A stretch of DNA of 64,000 nt from NCBI GenBank assembly GCA_017440665.1, contig JAFSGU010000008.1:17987-81986 (forward strand), given 5' to 3'. The position numbers and the translations under genes were made by a program. Shown one piece after another: positions 1 through 8,437 of the stretch. This DNA comes from Clostridia bacterium (GTDB lineage Bacteria; Bacillota; Clostridia; Oscillospirales; CAG-272). The notes under the pieces were generated by a model. It had not been told where the DNA came from, searched no databases, and saw nothing but the letters and a program-made list of their open reading frames with translations. How positions within the stretch are numbered: position 1 is the first letter of the stretch; every line of letters starts with the position of its first letter.

Positions 1-587
1 CGGTTCTTGTCGATACGAACGTAGTAAACGTCGGAAGCGTCGGTCTCGTACTCGAGCCATGCGCCTCTGTAAGGGATGACAGTTGCGGTAAAGGTTCTCT
101 TACCTGTCTTGTCAACTGCGCTGTCATAGTACATTCCGGGAGAACGTACGATCTGGGAAACGATAACACGCTCCGCACCGTTGATGACGAAGGTACCCTT
201 GTCTGTCATCACGGGGAAGTCACCCATGAAGATAGAAGACTGCTTTACTTCACCGGTGGCTTTATTGGAAAGGCGTACGTCGACCTTTAAGGGGATAGAG
301 TAGGTAACGACACGTTCCTTGCACTCCTCAACGGGGTACTTGGGAGGTGTGTCGAGAGAATAGCCTACGAATTCGATAATGAGATTTCCGGAGTAATCCG
401 TAATAGGGGAAACGTCGTGTAAGACTTCCATGAGGCCTTCGTCGAGGAACCACTTATATGAATTCTTCTGGATCTCGATAAGATTGGGCATTTCCAAAAC
501 TTCATCGATCTTTGAGAAGCTCATACGGGTCTTCTTACCGACACTGTGAGGCTTCACCATTTTTTCGACCTGCTGCGGTTTGATCAT
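1..587 (-). CDS. rpoB: DNA-directed RNA polymerase beta subunit, N-terminal part (gene runs off the window start)
   Basis: Hand translation of the minus strand from ATG (complement of 585-587) gives [52 protein letters not shown]...[19 protein letters not shown], a typical RpoB N-terminus. It is open to position 1, so it is absent from the ORF track. Confidence 0.93.
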   Translation of the reverse strand, partial: MIKPQQVEKMVKPHSVGKKTRMSFSKIDEVLEMPNLIEIQKNSYKWFLDEGLMEVLHDVSPITDYSGNLIIEFVGYSLDTPPKYPVEECKERVVTYSIPLKVDVRLSNKATGEVKQSSIFMGDFPVMTDKGTFVINGAERVIVSQIVRSPGMYYDSAVDKTGKRTFTATVIPYRGAWLEYETDASDVYYVRIDKN

Positions 588-837
588 TTGAGCTATCACT
601 CCATTCTTTGAGTTGCCTTATTATAATTAAGGATAAAAAGGTGATTTTTTATAGAAAAACACCGAAAAATCATGCAATAGAAACACTTATGGCGCTTCTT
701 TAGCAGTTTACTATTTTACCACACTCGTTGTCTAATGTCAATAAAAAAAAGAAAAATCAAGATAAAAAAGCATTTATTTACAAAAGAGACCGAGAAAGTT
801 TACAATTAATTTAAATGTAAACAAATCGTAAACTTTA

Positions 838-869
838 CCCCGTGGCATCTTCTGCGAGACGTCACGGGG
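838..869 (-). terminator. Hairpin downstream of the lipoprotein gene (possible terminator)
   Basis: CCCCGTG (838-844) pairs with CACGGGG (863-869). The U-tract on the minus strand is weak. Confidence 0.4.
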
Positions 870-907
870 CGTTGTTTTAAGTATTTGGTTGTGCTTTCGT
901 GGTCTTG

Positions 908-2266
908 TTACTCATAGAGAGCGTCGAGGATATCTGAAAGATAACTGTTACCTTTTGTTTTATATGCATTGTATTTACCTTCAGATGTAGGTATGAGGAA
1001 CAATTCCGAATTGCTTGAGAATGCGTAGTTCTGTGTGGAACCGTCCTCGTATACGTATTCGATATACTTGTGATCGACATCGATCGACGTGCGGTAGAAG
1101 TCGGAGAGGATTTTTTCAGGAAGGAGATTAGCCTTAAAGAAAATCGCGTCAGCAACCTTCAAATAGCAACGCTGGTTGGCTCTTAAAATATCTGCATATT
1201 CTGTGGTGCCTTTGGCAAATTCCTTATTTCCGGAAGCACTGTGAACGACGATCTTGTCGGGATTGGGATATATATACTTTTCAGCGAGAACTTCTTCGCC
1301 TGTCAGACTCTCATCATAAAGATGGAGCAGGTAGCACTGGGTGGGGAAGTTTCCTTGGCTTACCAAAGTTCCTTCCTTTGCACGCAATTCCCTGGCGGAT
1401 TCGAGTATCTTTTCGAAATATGTCTGCGCCTTCTTTTCGTCCTCTGGCTTATAGTCAATGCTTTCCTCGGTCTTTTCAAGCATATCCTCGAGTGCGCGGT
1501 AGAGCACGTATGCCTTGGGAGAATCTGCTTCACCGTTTAAGAACTGTCCGATGACGTAGTCCATAGCTAAATGTGTGTCAAGGAACTTATTGTAGATATC
1601 TTTGTGCTTGGTTATAATAGGTTTGTAGCTGTCGGTCACTGCAGTTGCGTTGATCATCTCAGCGATGAGATTGTCGCAGTAGGTGATGTAACGATCGTAG
1701 TCGAGGAGGTAGATATTGCCGTCCTTTGTGTATCTGTAAGGGGTATGCTCGGTGTCTGTGTATCCGTTCTTGACCGCATCAGCGTCACCGAATACTCCGT
1801 CAGCGGCAGTGAGAGCCTCGTCGATAGAAGAAAACTCCTTGTAGCTTACGGTAGTGTATCCGTTTTCTGCTTTAGTGAGTGATATAAGGCAATACATACC
1901 TAAGTCGCGGTAGTCAAAGTAGTTACCCGTGTCAGGCTCGAAATAGTACGTCATACCTCTGTGGGCGAGTACGTCAAAGCTGTTTGCGTCTTCTTCAAAT
2001 GTACTTGCCACTATGTTGTGATTTTCACAGAAGTAGCAGGTGGGGACATCGGGATAAGTAACGCCGTTGCCTTCCGTAATAGCTATAGTCACCGCATCGT
2101 TAAGAGCATCGATGGAATGCGGCTCATCGGTGATGGGCTTTATTTCATAGTTAAAAGTGGTTTCCTTGGGGACTTCGTCTTCCTTGCCACTCTTGCATCC
2201 TGCAAGGACTGTGAGGCAAAGAATAAGCGAAAGCAGTACTGAAATTAATTTGATCGTGTTTTTCAT
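908..2266 (-). CDS. Hypothetical lipoprotein
   Basis: ORF 908..2293. The internal start gives MKNTIKLISVLLSLILCLTVLAGC, with a lipobox LAGC after a hydrophobic signal peptide. I recognise no domain. Confidence 0.7.
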   Translation of the reverse strand: MKNTIKLISVLLSLILCLTVLAGCKSGKEDEVPKETTFNYEIKPITDEPHSIDALNDAVTIAITEGNGVTYPDVPTCYFCENHNIVASTFEEDANSFDVLAHRGMTYYFEPDTGNYFDYRDLGMYCLISLTKAENGYTTVSYKEFSSIDEALTAADGVFGDADAVKNGYTDTEHTPYRYTKDGNIYLLDYDRYITYCDNLIAEMINATAVTDSYKPIITKHKDIYNKFLDTHLAMDYVIGQFLNGEADSPKAYVLYRALEDMLEKTEESIDYKPEDEKKAQTYFEKILESARELRAKEGTLVSQGNFPTQCYLLHLYDESLTGEEVLAEKYIYPNPDKIVVHSASGNKEFAKGTTEYADILRANQRCYLKVADAIFFKANLLPEKILSDFYRTSIDVDHKYIEYVYEDGSTQNYAFSSNSELFLIPTSEGKYNAYKTKGNSYLSDILDALYE

Positions 2267-2360
2267 AGGGGTGTCTCCTTGAATAAAATACATCTACTAT
2301 TATAAACCTTGGAAGGCGTTAAGTCAAGCGGATTGTTTGAAATAACGCGTGGCAGACATG

Positions 2361-2397
2361 AAAAATCCCCGTGAAAACATATCACAGGGATTTTTTG
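2361..2397 (-). terminator. Intrinsic terminator after the VOC gene (bidirectional shape)
   Basis: The stem ATCCCCGTGA / TCACAGGGAT is flanked by an A-run (2361-2365) and a T-run (2391-2396). It lies directly downstream of the stop at 2399. Confidence 0.7.
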
Positions 2398-2398
2398 A

Positions 2399-2797
2399 TT
2401 ACTTAACGTGGAAGAATTCCACTTCTTCGCCGACGGGGCCTATACAGAAACCGATCCTTGCGGGATAAGGTATCTCAGAGGGGATAACGATATCCGTGGG
2501 CTCCATAGTAACCTCGTAGCCTGCCGCACGTACTGCTTCTATGCAAGCGTCGGTGTCCTCTACCTGAAATGCCAGATGACGGAGCGCGCCCTGGCCGGGA
2601 TAATCCTCGCCGTTTGCGAAGATTTCAAGAAGTCCCGCTCCGGTGTCGATCATCATTGCGCTGTTGCCTCCCTCGCCCCACGTTCTTGCCACGGGAAGTC
2701 CGAGGATCTCTGTGTAAAACTTTACGAGCTTTGCATAGTCTTCAAGTCCGCAAGCCTTCAGCGCGATGTGGTGGATGCCTGTGATCTTAGGTGCCAT
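2399..2797 (-). CDS. VOC (glyoxalase/bleomycin-resistance/dioxygenase) family protein
   Basis: The 132-aa ORF has GIHHIALKA near the N-terminus and LRHLAFQVED in the second half, which is the paired beta-alpha-beta-beta-beta VOC pattern. Confidence 0.75.
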   Translation of the reverse strand: MAPKITGIHHIALKACGLEDYAKLVKFYTEILGLPVARTWGEGGNSAMMIDTGAGLLEIFANGEDYPGQGALRHLAFQVEDTDACIEAVRAAGYEVTMEPTDIVIPSEIPYPARIGFCIGPVGEEVEFFHVK

Positions 2798-2855
2798 AAC
2801 TTTTCTCCTTTATATGTATATGATTTTATATTATCTGAAGCCATGAAAGCACAAC

Positions 2856-2887
2856 GGCAGAGCCTTCACCGAAATGAAAGCTCTGCC
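2856..2887 (-). terminator. Hairpin downstream of asd
   Basis: GGCAGAGC (2856-2863) pairs with GCTCTGCC (2880-2887), an 8-bp stem. The U-tract is poor. Confidence 0.4.
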
Positions 2888-2895
2888 ACATGTAT

Positions 2896-3975
2896 TTATG
2901 CAAGGTAACCCTGTCTGTAAAGAAGCTCTGCGATAAGAACAGCACCGCCTGCCGCGCCGCGGAGAGTGTTATGAGACATACCGACGAACTTATAGTCGAA
3001 CATTGTGTCGGGTCTGAGTCTGCCCACGGATATACCCATACCGCGGTAAAGATCGCGGTCGATACCGATCTGAGGACGGTTCTCTTCCTCAAAATAGGTT
3101 ACGAACTGATCGGGAGCGGAGGGGAGGCCGAGGAGCTGAGGCGCACCGCGGTAGCTCTTCCACGCTTCGATGATAGCTTCCTTGGGAGGCTTGTTTTCAA
3201 AGTTTACGAATACAGCCGCAGTATGACCGTCGGTTACGGGAACGCGGATGCACTGTGTGGTGATAATGGGAGCTTCTGCGGGAACGATGATACCGCCGCG
3301 AACTTCACCCCAAATTTTGAGGGGCTCCTTCTCGCTCTTTTCCTCTTCACCGCCGATGTAGGGGATGATATTGTCTACCATCTCGGGCCATGACTCAAAA
3401 TTCTTACCTGCTCCGGAGATAGCCTGATATGTGGTGGCAACAACTTCCTTAATGCCGAACTTGAGAAGGGGAGTGAGGATCGGAACATAGCTCTGGATGG
3501 AGCAGTTGGGCTTGACTGCGATAAAGCCGCGCTTTGTACCGAGACGCTCTCTCTGGCTCTTGATGACCTCAAGGTGAGAGTCGTTGATCTCGGGAATTAC
3601 CATGGGAACGTCACTGGTCCAGCGGTTAGCGGAGTTGTTGGAGATTACGGGAACTTCAGCCTTGGCGTAAGCTTCCTCGAGGACGAGGATCTCGTCCTTC
3701 TTCATATCAACTGCGCAGAATATAAAGTCGCACTCAGCCTTCATCGCTTCGATGTCTGCCGCGTCCTTTACGATCATGTTTTCAGCTTCTGCGGGGATGG
3801 GACCTTTCATCTTCCATCTGCCCTCAACTGCCTCCTTGTAAGGAACGCCTGCGCTTCTCTTACTTGCGGCAACAGCTGTAAGTTTGAAATAGGGGTGGTT
3901 CTCGAGAAGAGTGATAAATCTCTGACCGACCATACCTGTGGCGCCTACGACGCCTGCTCTTGCTTTATTGTTCAT
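2896..3975 (-). CDS. asd: Aspartate-semialdehyde dehydrogenase
   Basis: ORF 2896..4023. The start at MNNKARAGVVGATGMVGQRF carries the NAD(P)-binding GxxGxxG motif. The protein also has an active-site-like VKPNCSIQ and HNTLRGAAGG near the C-terminus. Confidence 0.92.
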   Translation of the reverse strand: MNNKARAGVVGATGMVGQRFITLLENHPYFKLTAVAASKRSAGVPYKEAVEGRWKMKGPIPAEAENMIVKDAADIEAMKAECDFIFCAVDMKKDEILVLEEAYAKAEVPVISNNSANRWTSDVPMVIPEINDSHLEVIKSQRERLGTKRGFIAVKPNCSIQSYVPILTPLLKFGIKEVVATTYQAISGAGKNFESWPEMVDNIIPYIGGEEEKSEKEPLKIWGEVRGGIIVPAEAPIITTQCIRVPVTDGHTAAVFVNFENKPPKEAIIEAWKSYRGAPQLLGLPSAPDQFVTYFEEENRPQIGIDRDLYRGMGISVGRLRPDTMFDYKFVGMSHNTLRGAAGGAVLIAELLYRQGYLA

Positions 3976-4062
3976 GTATGTGTACCATACCTTTCTTCCG
4001 AGTTTGCGGGATGTGGGTATCAATAATTTGCCGTTTTATTACGGAAAAATATTAATGATGAC

Positions 4063-4091
4063 ATTTTACCACAATCACGATGCCGTGTCAA
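4063..4091 (-). promoter_or_regulatory. Sigma-A type promoter for asd
   Basis: The minus strand reads TTGACA (complement of 4086-4091), a 17-nt spacer, then TGgTAAAAT (-10 is the complement of 4063-4068). Confidence 0.5.
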
Positions 4092-4264
4092 CTTCTTTTT
4101 GGTTAAAAAGCCGTGCTGATTTATCTTCTCCGTATGCTACAGAAAATATTCCGCATATGAGGGATTAGTTGGTCATATTTGTTATAAATACAACCGAAAA
4201 TGTATAATTATACTGCGAGACCGTGAAAAAATTCATCCGTATTTGAAGTTATATCCAAACGATA

Positions 4265-4291
4265 CGCCCCGTTCCGAGAAAGAACGGGGCG
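4265..4291 (-). terminator. 10-bp GC hairpin downstream of the Cys-rich micropeptide ORF
   Basis: CGCCCCGTTC (4265-4274) pairs with GAACGGGGCG (4282-4291) around a 7-nt loop. The following U-tract on the minus strand is modest. Confidence 0.5.
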
Positions 4292-4320
4292 TCGGTTATA
4301 CGTTACCGCTGACTTTTGAC

Positions 4321-4443
4321 TCAGCAACCGCAGCCGCAGCCGCGGCCGTTACCGCAGCAGTTGCCGCAGGAAACGATAAGAATAGCAAGAATTACGAACC
4401 AGATGAAATCGTCGCTGTTAAAAAGATTGCAAAGGCATCCCAT
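4321..4443 (-). CDS. 40-aa Cys/Gly-rich membrane micropeptide (below the ORF-track cutoff)
   Basis: Hand translation gives MGCLCNLFNSDDFIWFVILAILIVSCGNCCGNGRGCGCGC. AAAGGA lies about 10 nt upstream of the ATG (complement of 4441-4443). A hydrophobic core is flanked by Cys clusters, and a hairpin lies downstream. Confidence 0.55.
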   Translation of the reverse strand: MGCLCNLFNSDDFIWFVILAILIVSCGNCCGNGRGCGCGC

Positions 4444-4554
4444 AGTATAATATCCTTTTCATTTATAATGATCCGAGGAGAGCTTTTGCTCTTCTCTCTG
4501 AGCACGTTTTCCGTACTCTGATATTATTCTATGCAGGGACGTGACTTTTGCTAC

Positions 4555-5190
4555 TCAGGTGAGGGTGATGCTGTCTGCGTTCAGAAAATCCTGTGCCGCA
4601 GAAAGGCTGCCCGCGCGGACTGCGTATTCGGCACCGCATTTTTTGCACACGACGAAAACGTCCTCGTCGCCCAGCTGAAGCTCGTAGTCGCCTCCGTCCT
4701 CGCATCTGCAATGGATGTTCCCCTCATCCTCAAGCTCCTTGAGAGTATACATTATTATATCAAGTACCTGAGGGTCGGTGAGGGACTCTCTCTCTCCTCT
4801 GTTGTCGGAAAACTGACGGAGGGCATCCTCGCCCGCGATCTCGATCAGCTCTTCCTCGCTCATGCGGATCTCTCTTTCCACACCCTTTTCGCTTCCGATG
4901 AAGCATACACCAAGACCCGAATACGTGCAGGCGAGCGTAAACGCTTCGCGCTCGAAGAAGACGTCACCTGAGATAACGTATGAGTGGGGAGCGGGGCAAA
5001 CGATACAAGGCACGGTGATACGTACCTTTTTGTCATGAGTATATACGATGTCAAGGGCAGAGGCTCCGCAGGGACATTTCAGCTTGATCATATCTGCCGA
5101 AAGGGAGAAAACGCCCACAACGCTGCGTACGATAGCTCCGCAATCGGGACAGCGGTAAGCGATGGTTGTCTGTTTGCGTATGATAGACAT
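4555..5190 (-). CDS. Hypothetical protein with zinc-ribbon-like Cys pairs
   Basis: ORF 4555..5235. The start at MSIIRKQ follows an AAAGGA RBS. Motifs are CPDCG..CPCG near the N-terminus and CRC..CKKCG near the C-terminus. Confidence 0.65.
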   Translation of the reverse strand: MSIIRKQTTIAYRCPDCGAIVRSVVGVFSLSADMIKLKCPCGASALDIVYTHDKKVRITVPCIVCPAPHSYVISGDVFFEREAFTLACTYSGLGVCFIGSEKGVEREIRMSEEELIEIAGEDALRQFSDNRGERESLTDPQVLDIIMYTLKELEDEGNIHCRCEDGGDYELQLGDEDVFVVCKKCGAEYAVRAGSLSAAQDFLNADSITLT

Positions 5191-5225
5191 GGGATATGTC
5201 CTTTCTTTGCGTAGGTGAAATTGCT

Positions 5226-5260
5226 GTTCCCCCACCGCGGCAGGGGAACAGTTTTATTTT
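5226..5260. terminator. Hairpin plus T-run between glyA and the zinc-ribbon gene
   Basis: GTTCCCC (5226-5232) pairs with GGGGAAC (5243-5249). The T-run (GTTTTATTTT) follows on the plus strand only, so a role as the glyA terminator is uncertain. Confidence 0.4.
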
Positions 5261-5278
5261 AGTATGATGGGGTATCAA

Positions 5279-6520
5279 TTATTCCGTGTAAATGGGGAAT
5301 TTTGCGCAGATAGCCATTACCTCGGCGGAAACGCGTTCGCGGTTACCCTCGAAGTCGCGTGCGATGTCGCCGATGAAGCGTGCGATCATTCGCATCTCAT
5401 CCTTTCCGAAGCCGCGGGTGGTAACTGCGGGAGTACCTATTCTGATACCGCTGGTTACGAAGGGACTCTGGGGATCGTTGGGGATCGCGTTCTTGTTTAC
5501 TGTGATGTGTACCTCGTCAAGTCTTTTCTCCATATCCTTACCGGTGATGCCGAAGGGGCGGAGGTCAACGAGCATAAGGTGGTTGTCTGTGCCTCCGGAA
5601 ACGAGTCGGAAACCTTCCTCGATCATTGCGTCTGCAAGAACAGCCGCGTTTTCGGCGATAGCGCGCTGATACTCGCGGAACTCCTCAGTGAGAGCCTCGC
5701 CGAAGGCAACTGCCTTTGCGGCAATAACGTGCTCGAGGGGACCGCCCTGGGTTCCGGGGAATACGGCCTTGTCGATCTTCTGTGCAAGCTCAGCAGTACA
5801 GAGGATAAGACCGCCTCGGGGACCGCGCAAAGTCTTATGAGTAGTGGTTGTGACTATATGTGCGTGCGGTACGGGACTGGGATGCACTCCTGCGGCAACA
5901 AGTCCTGCGATATGCGCCATGTCGACCATAAGGTATGCGCCGACCTCGTCTGCGATCTCACGGAGGCGCGCGAAATCGATGACTCTTGAATATGCGCTTG
6001 CACCTGCTATGATCATCTTGGGGCGGCATTCAAGAGCGGTTTCGCGGATCTTACCGTAGTCAAGCATCTCTGTGTCGTCGTCAACACTGTAGGGGACGAT
6101 GTTGAAATACTTGCCGGAAATATTTACAGGAGAACCGTGTGAAAGATGACCGCCGTGAGCAAGGTTAAGACCCATGACCGTATCACCGGGATTGACGAGG
6201 GCGAAAAATACCGCAAGGTTTGCGTTAGCACCGCTGTGGGGCTGAACGTTTGCGTGCTCTGCACCGAAGAGCTTTTTTGCTCTCTCACGTGCGATATTCT
6301 CTACAACGTCCACACACTCACAACCGCCGTAGTAGCGTTTGCCGGGGAGACCCTCGGCATACTTGTTGGTGAGGGGGGTGCCTGCGGCGAGGAGGACGGC
6401 TTTGGATACGATATTTTCTGACGCGATAAGCTCAATGTTATGCTGCTGACGCTGAAATTCCGCGTCACACGCTGCAGCTACCTCAGGGTCGTAATTTTTA
6501 AGTTCTTCGAAAAAAAGCAT
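5279..6520 (-). CDS. glyA: Serine hydroxymethyltransferase
   Basis: ORF 5279..6559. The start at [14 protein letters not shown] follows [16 protein letters not shown] and the PLP-lysine region [14 protein letters not shown] are diagnostic. Confidence 0.95.
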   Translation of the reverse strand: MLFFEELKNYDPEVAAACDAEFQRQQHNIELIASENIVSKAVLLAAGTPLTNKYAEGLPGKRYYGGCECVDVVENIARERAKKLFGAEHANVQPHSGANANLAVFFALVNPGDTVMGLNLAHGGHLSHGSPVNISGKYFNIVPYSVDDDTEMLDYGKIRETALECRPKMIIAGASAYSRVIDFARLREIADEVGAYLMVDMAHIAGLVAAGVHPSPVPHAHIVTTTTHKTLRGPRGGLILCTAELAQKIDKAVFPGTQGGPLEHVIAAKAVAFGEALTEEFREYQRAIAENAAVLADAMIEEGFRLVSGGTDNHLMLVDLRPFGITGKDMEKRLDEVHITVNKNAIPNDPQSPFVTSGIRIGTPAVTTRGFGKDEMRMIARFIGDIARDFEGNRERVSAEVMAICAKFPIYTE

Positions 6521-6576
6521 TTTTTGATTCCTTTCTGATTGCGGGCGTGGTCCCGCCAAAAAATAAACACGGGTTT

Positions 6577-6605
6577 ATTGTAACATATTTTTTCTGAAAG
6601 TTAAA
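6577..6605 (-). promoter_or_regulatory. Possible glyA promoter
   Basis: The minus strand carries TGtTACAAT (-10 is the complement of 6577-6582). The -35 is weak (TTTAAC) at a 17-nt spacing. Confidence 0.3.
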
Positions 6606-6874
6606 GGCTTTTATGAAAAAATCTGAGGAAAATTTTGAGTTTTTTTCAGCGTCCATGAGGCGCTTTTCAAGCATTGGCTGAAGCTCAAACTGACACGCCC
6701 GCGAGCAGGAACGGTGAGAGCGCGGTTCGCAGGTTGCACAAATGCACTTGTTAAAATGCTCAAATGTGGATTTTCAGTGAACGGTATCAGACGCGGCTGA
6801 TTGTGTAAATTGTACATCACATACAAATAAAGTTACAAAATGCATAGAAAACTCAAAAATATTCCAAATGAGGC

Positions 6875-6903
6875 TTGACAATCATGTTAAGTCATGATAT
6901 AAT
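6875..6903 (+). promoter_or_regulatory. Consensus extended sigma-A promoter driving the ORF-less region
   Basis: TTGACA (6875-6880), a 17-nt spacer, TG (6895-6896), then TATAAT (6898-6903). The upstream flank is A/T-rich (AAAAATATT). Confidence 0.8.
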
Positions 6904-7732
6904 AAAGACACAGAGAAGAGATGAAAACAAAAGGACCTGACAAGAGCCGGGTCGGAAATCATCAAATAAATTAAGGGAGGTGTCGGACATGATTTTCAGC
7001 AGTGTTAAGTTACGTGCCGTGTGTGAACGGGACAAGTACAGATCATCGGTCCCGACATATCCAATAAAACGTATTTAATATCGCGGCACGCAGACTAAGT
7101 TGACAAAAGGTCGGTGTGTCGCTTTTTCGTTCCCCGCAAGGCTCACAGAAGCAAGCGGAAGACCCGACAGCGCAAAGATCAAACACTTTTTGACACGGAA
7201 GCGGATCACGAAGTATTTTTTAAGTAAGACCTAAGGTTACCGAGGAGGGACCGCAGGAATTACACCTGCAAGGCAAAAGAAAAACCTGAGCGAGAAGTCA
7301 GATGCGAAGATAAAGCATATGACGAAGATAAGCAGAGGTGAATACAGACCGAGGCGGGTATCCGGTATGCAGTAAGCCGATGTGTAAGGCTTAGACGGTA
7401 TCATAAAAAATACGGGGCTCGGATAAAACTAAGGTTTGAGCTTATCGCGAAGATAAGTGTCCCGAACAAAACGGGAGAGCACAGATCAAGTACGTAGAAA
7501 ACTTCAGAAAACCTCAATACGGCCTTCGTTCCGAAATAACGAATAGAATTAATGAGATGGATTAGACGAAGATGTGATTGAATATGCGTAAAAGGGTAAT
7601 TAAAACTGAATAACAACTGAATAATAAGATGATCTTTAAAATAGATTTAAGCAGGTTTTTCGCAGTATCGTAGGAAAGGACCACCCGCATGAAAAACGTG
7701 AAAAACTTTATAAAAGCTAAAATCTAAAGAGC

Positions 7733-8114
7733 GGAGGTACACTCCAATGAACACGTTAAACTAAAACTCAGACAGTTTATAAGCTACAGAGAAAAGAAAA
7801 AGTATAGTCCGGTGAACTTACCGGCTTGAACCTAAGTCAAATAAGAATATCCGAAAACGATAAGAAACAGGTATGGACCAATGAACGGTTAAAACTAAAC
7901 TTATAAGTAAGATACCCGAACAAGTGGACAGATAGGTATACACCAATGAACAGTTAAGTTAAACGGATAAAAGTTATAAGTAAGTAATTCGGAAAAAAGG
8001 TACAGACCCATGAACTGATTAAGTAAAACCTAAATATCATCATCTAAGGACAGACGGTGGATCGATACCGTCAAGGAAAAACTCAGATAAAGGTACAGGC
8101 CAATGGAAAAGTAA
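7733..8114 (+). repeat. Degenerate tandem modules (R1-R5): AGG-hairpin-CC-AATG plus a mini-ORF. A sixth copy lies at 8409-8439.
   Basis: R1 7733 GGAGGTACACTCCAATGAACACGTTAAACTAA. R2 7869 AGGTATGGACCAATGAACGGTTAA. R3 7934 AGGTATACACCAATGAACAGTTAA. R4 7998 AGGTACAGACCCATGAACTGA. R5 8091 AGGTACAGGCCAATGGAAAAGTAA. R6 8409 AGGAGGATATCCAATGGACAATCAGTTTTGA. R2-R3-R4 are spaced 64-65 nt apart and also share TTATAAGTAAG between motifs. Confidence 0.75.
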
Positions 8115-8437
8115 AGTTCACACAAGAAAAAATAATCGGTTGAAGATCACGTAAGCGATTCTTTGGGAAAAGAAACACAAGCAAAAGTAAAAGCGGAATA
8201 ACCGAAATATATGTTAAATTAAGTAATTTTTCATGCCTCACATGATAAAGGTAAAATTATTAGCGTTCGCTTCAATGATCGTGGACCGAGATAAGAGAAA
8301 GGAACGTAAAGGACTATATAAAAATATATGTAGAGATAAACTCGTCAGATAATAACAGGCGAAATAAGTAAAGTAAGAAACACAACAGAATATAGGGTGA
8401 CGAAAGTCAGGAGGATATCCAATGGACAATCAGTTTT

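Noticed and set aside
798-822. Inverted repeat GTTTACA-N11-TGTAAAC about 210 nt upstream of rpoB.
   Set aside because: The arms are only 7 bp and sit in an AT-rich intergenic region. This is plausible by chance, and no comparator is available.
4243-4521. Plus-strand 92-aa ORF with a poly-Ala stretch (ATAAAAAAVTAAVAAG).
   Set aside because: It is the antisense reading of the GC-rich Cys/Gly codon repeat of the 40-aa minus-strand peptide. It spans a terminator hairpin and has no RBS.
6613-6681. 22-codon ORF MKKSEENFEFFSASMRRFSSIG with AAAGG upstream.
   Set aside because: The RBS is marginal. The ORF contains a terminator-like hairpin within itself, and nothing else supports it.
6521-6875. Riboswitch upstream of glyA (ZTP/pfl, THF, glycine or T-box).
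   Set aside because: I could not find the conserved cores I remember for these classes on the minus strand, such as the ZTP CCGCCTGGGC-type 3' element or the T-box 14-mer. Only a covariance-model scan could settle this.
7869-8033. CRISPR-like periodicity. Motifs of about 32 nt (ending TAAAAC or TTAAAC) alternate with segments of about 33 nt at a 64-65 nt period.
   Set aside because: The repeats are far too divergent from each other for a CRISPR array. The supposed spacers themselves share sequence (TTATAAGTAAG), so whole ~65-nt units are diverged tandem duplicates. No cas genes or leader are in the window.
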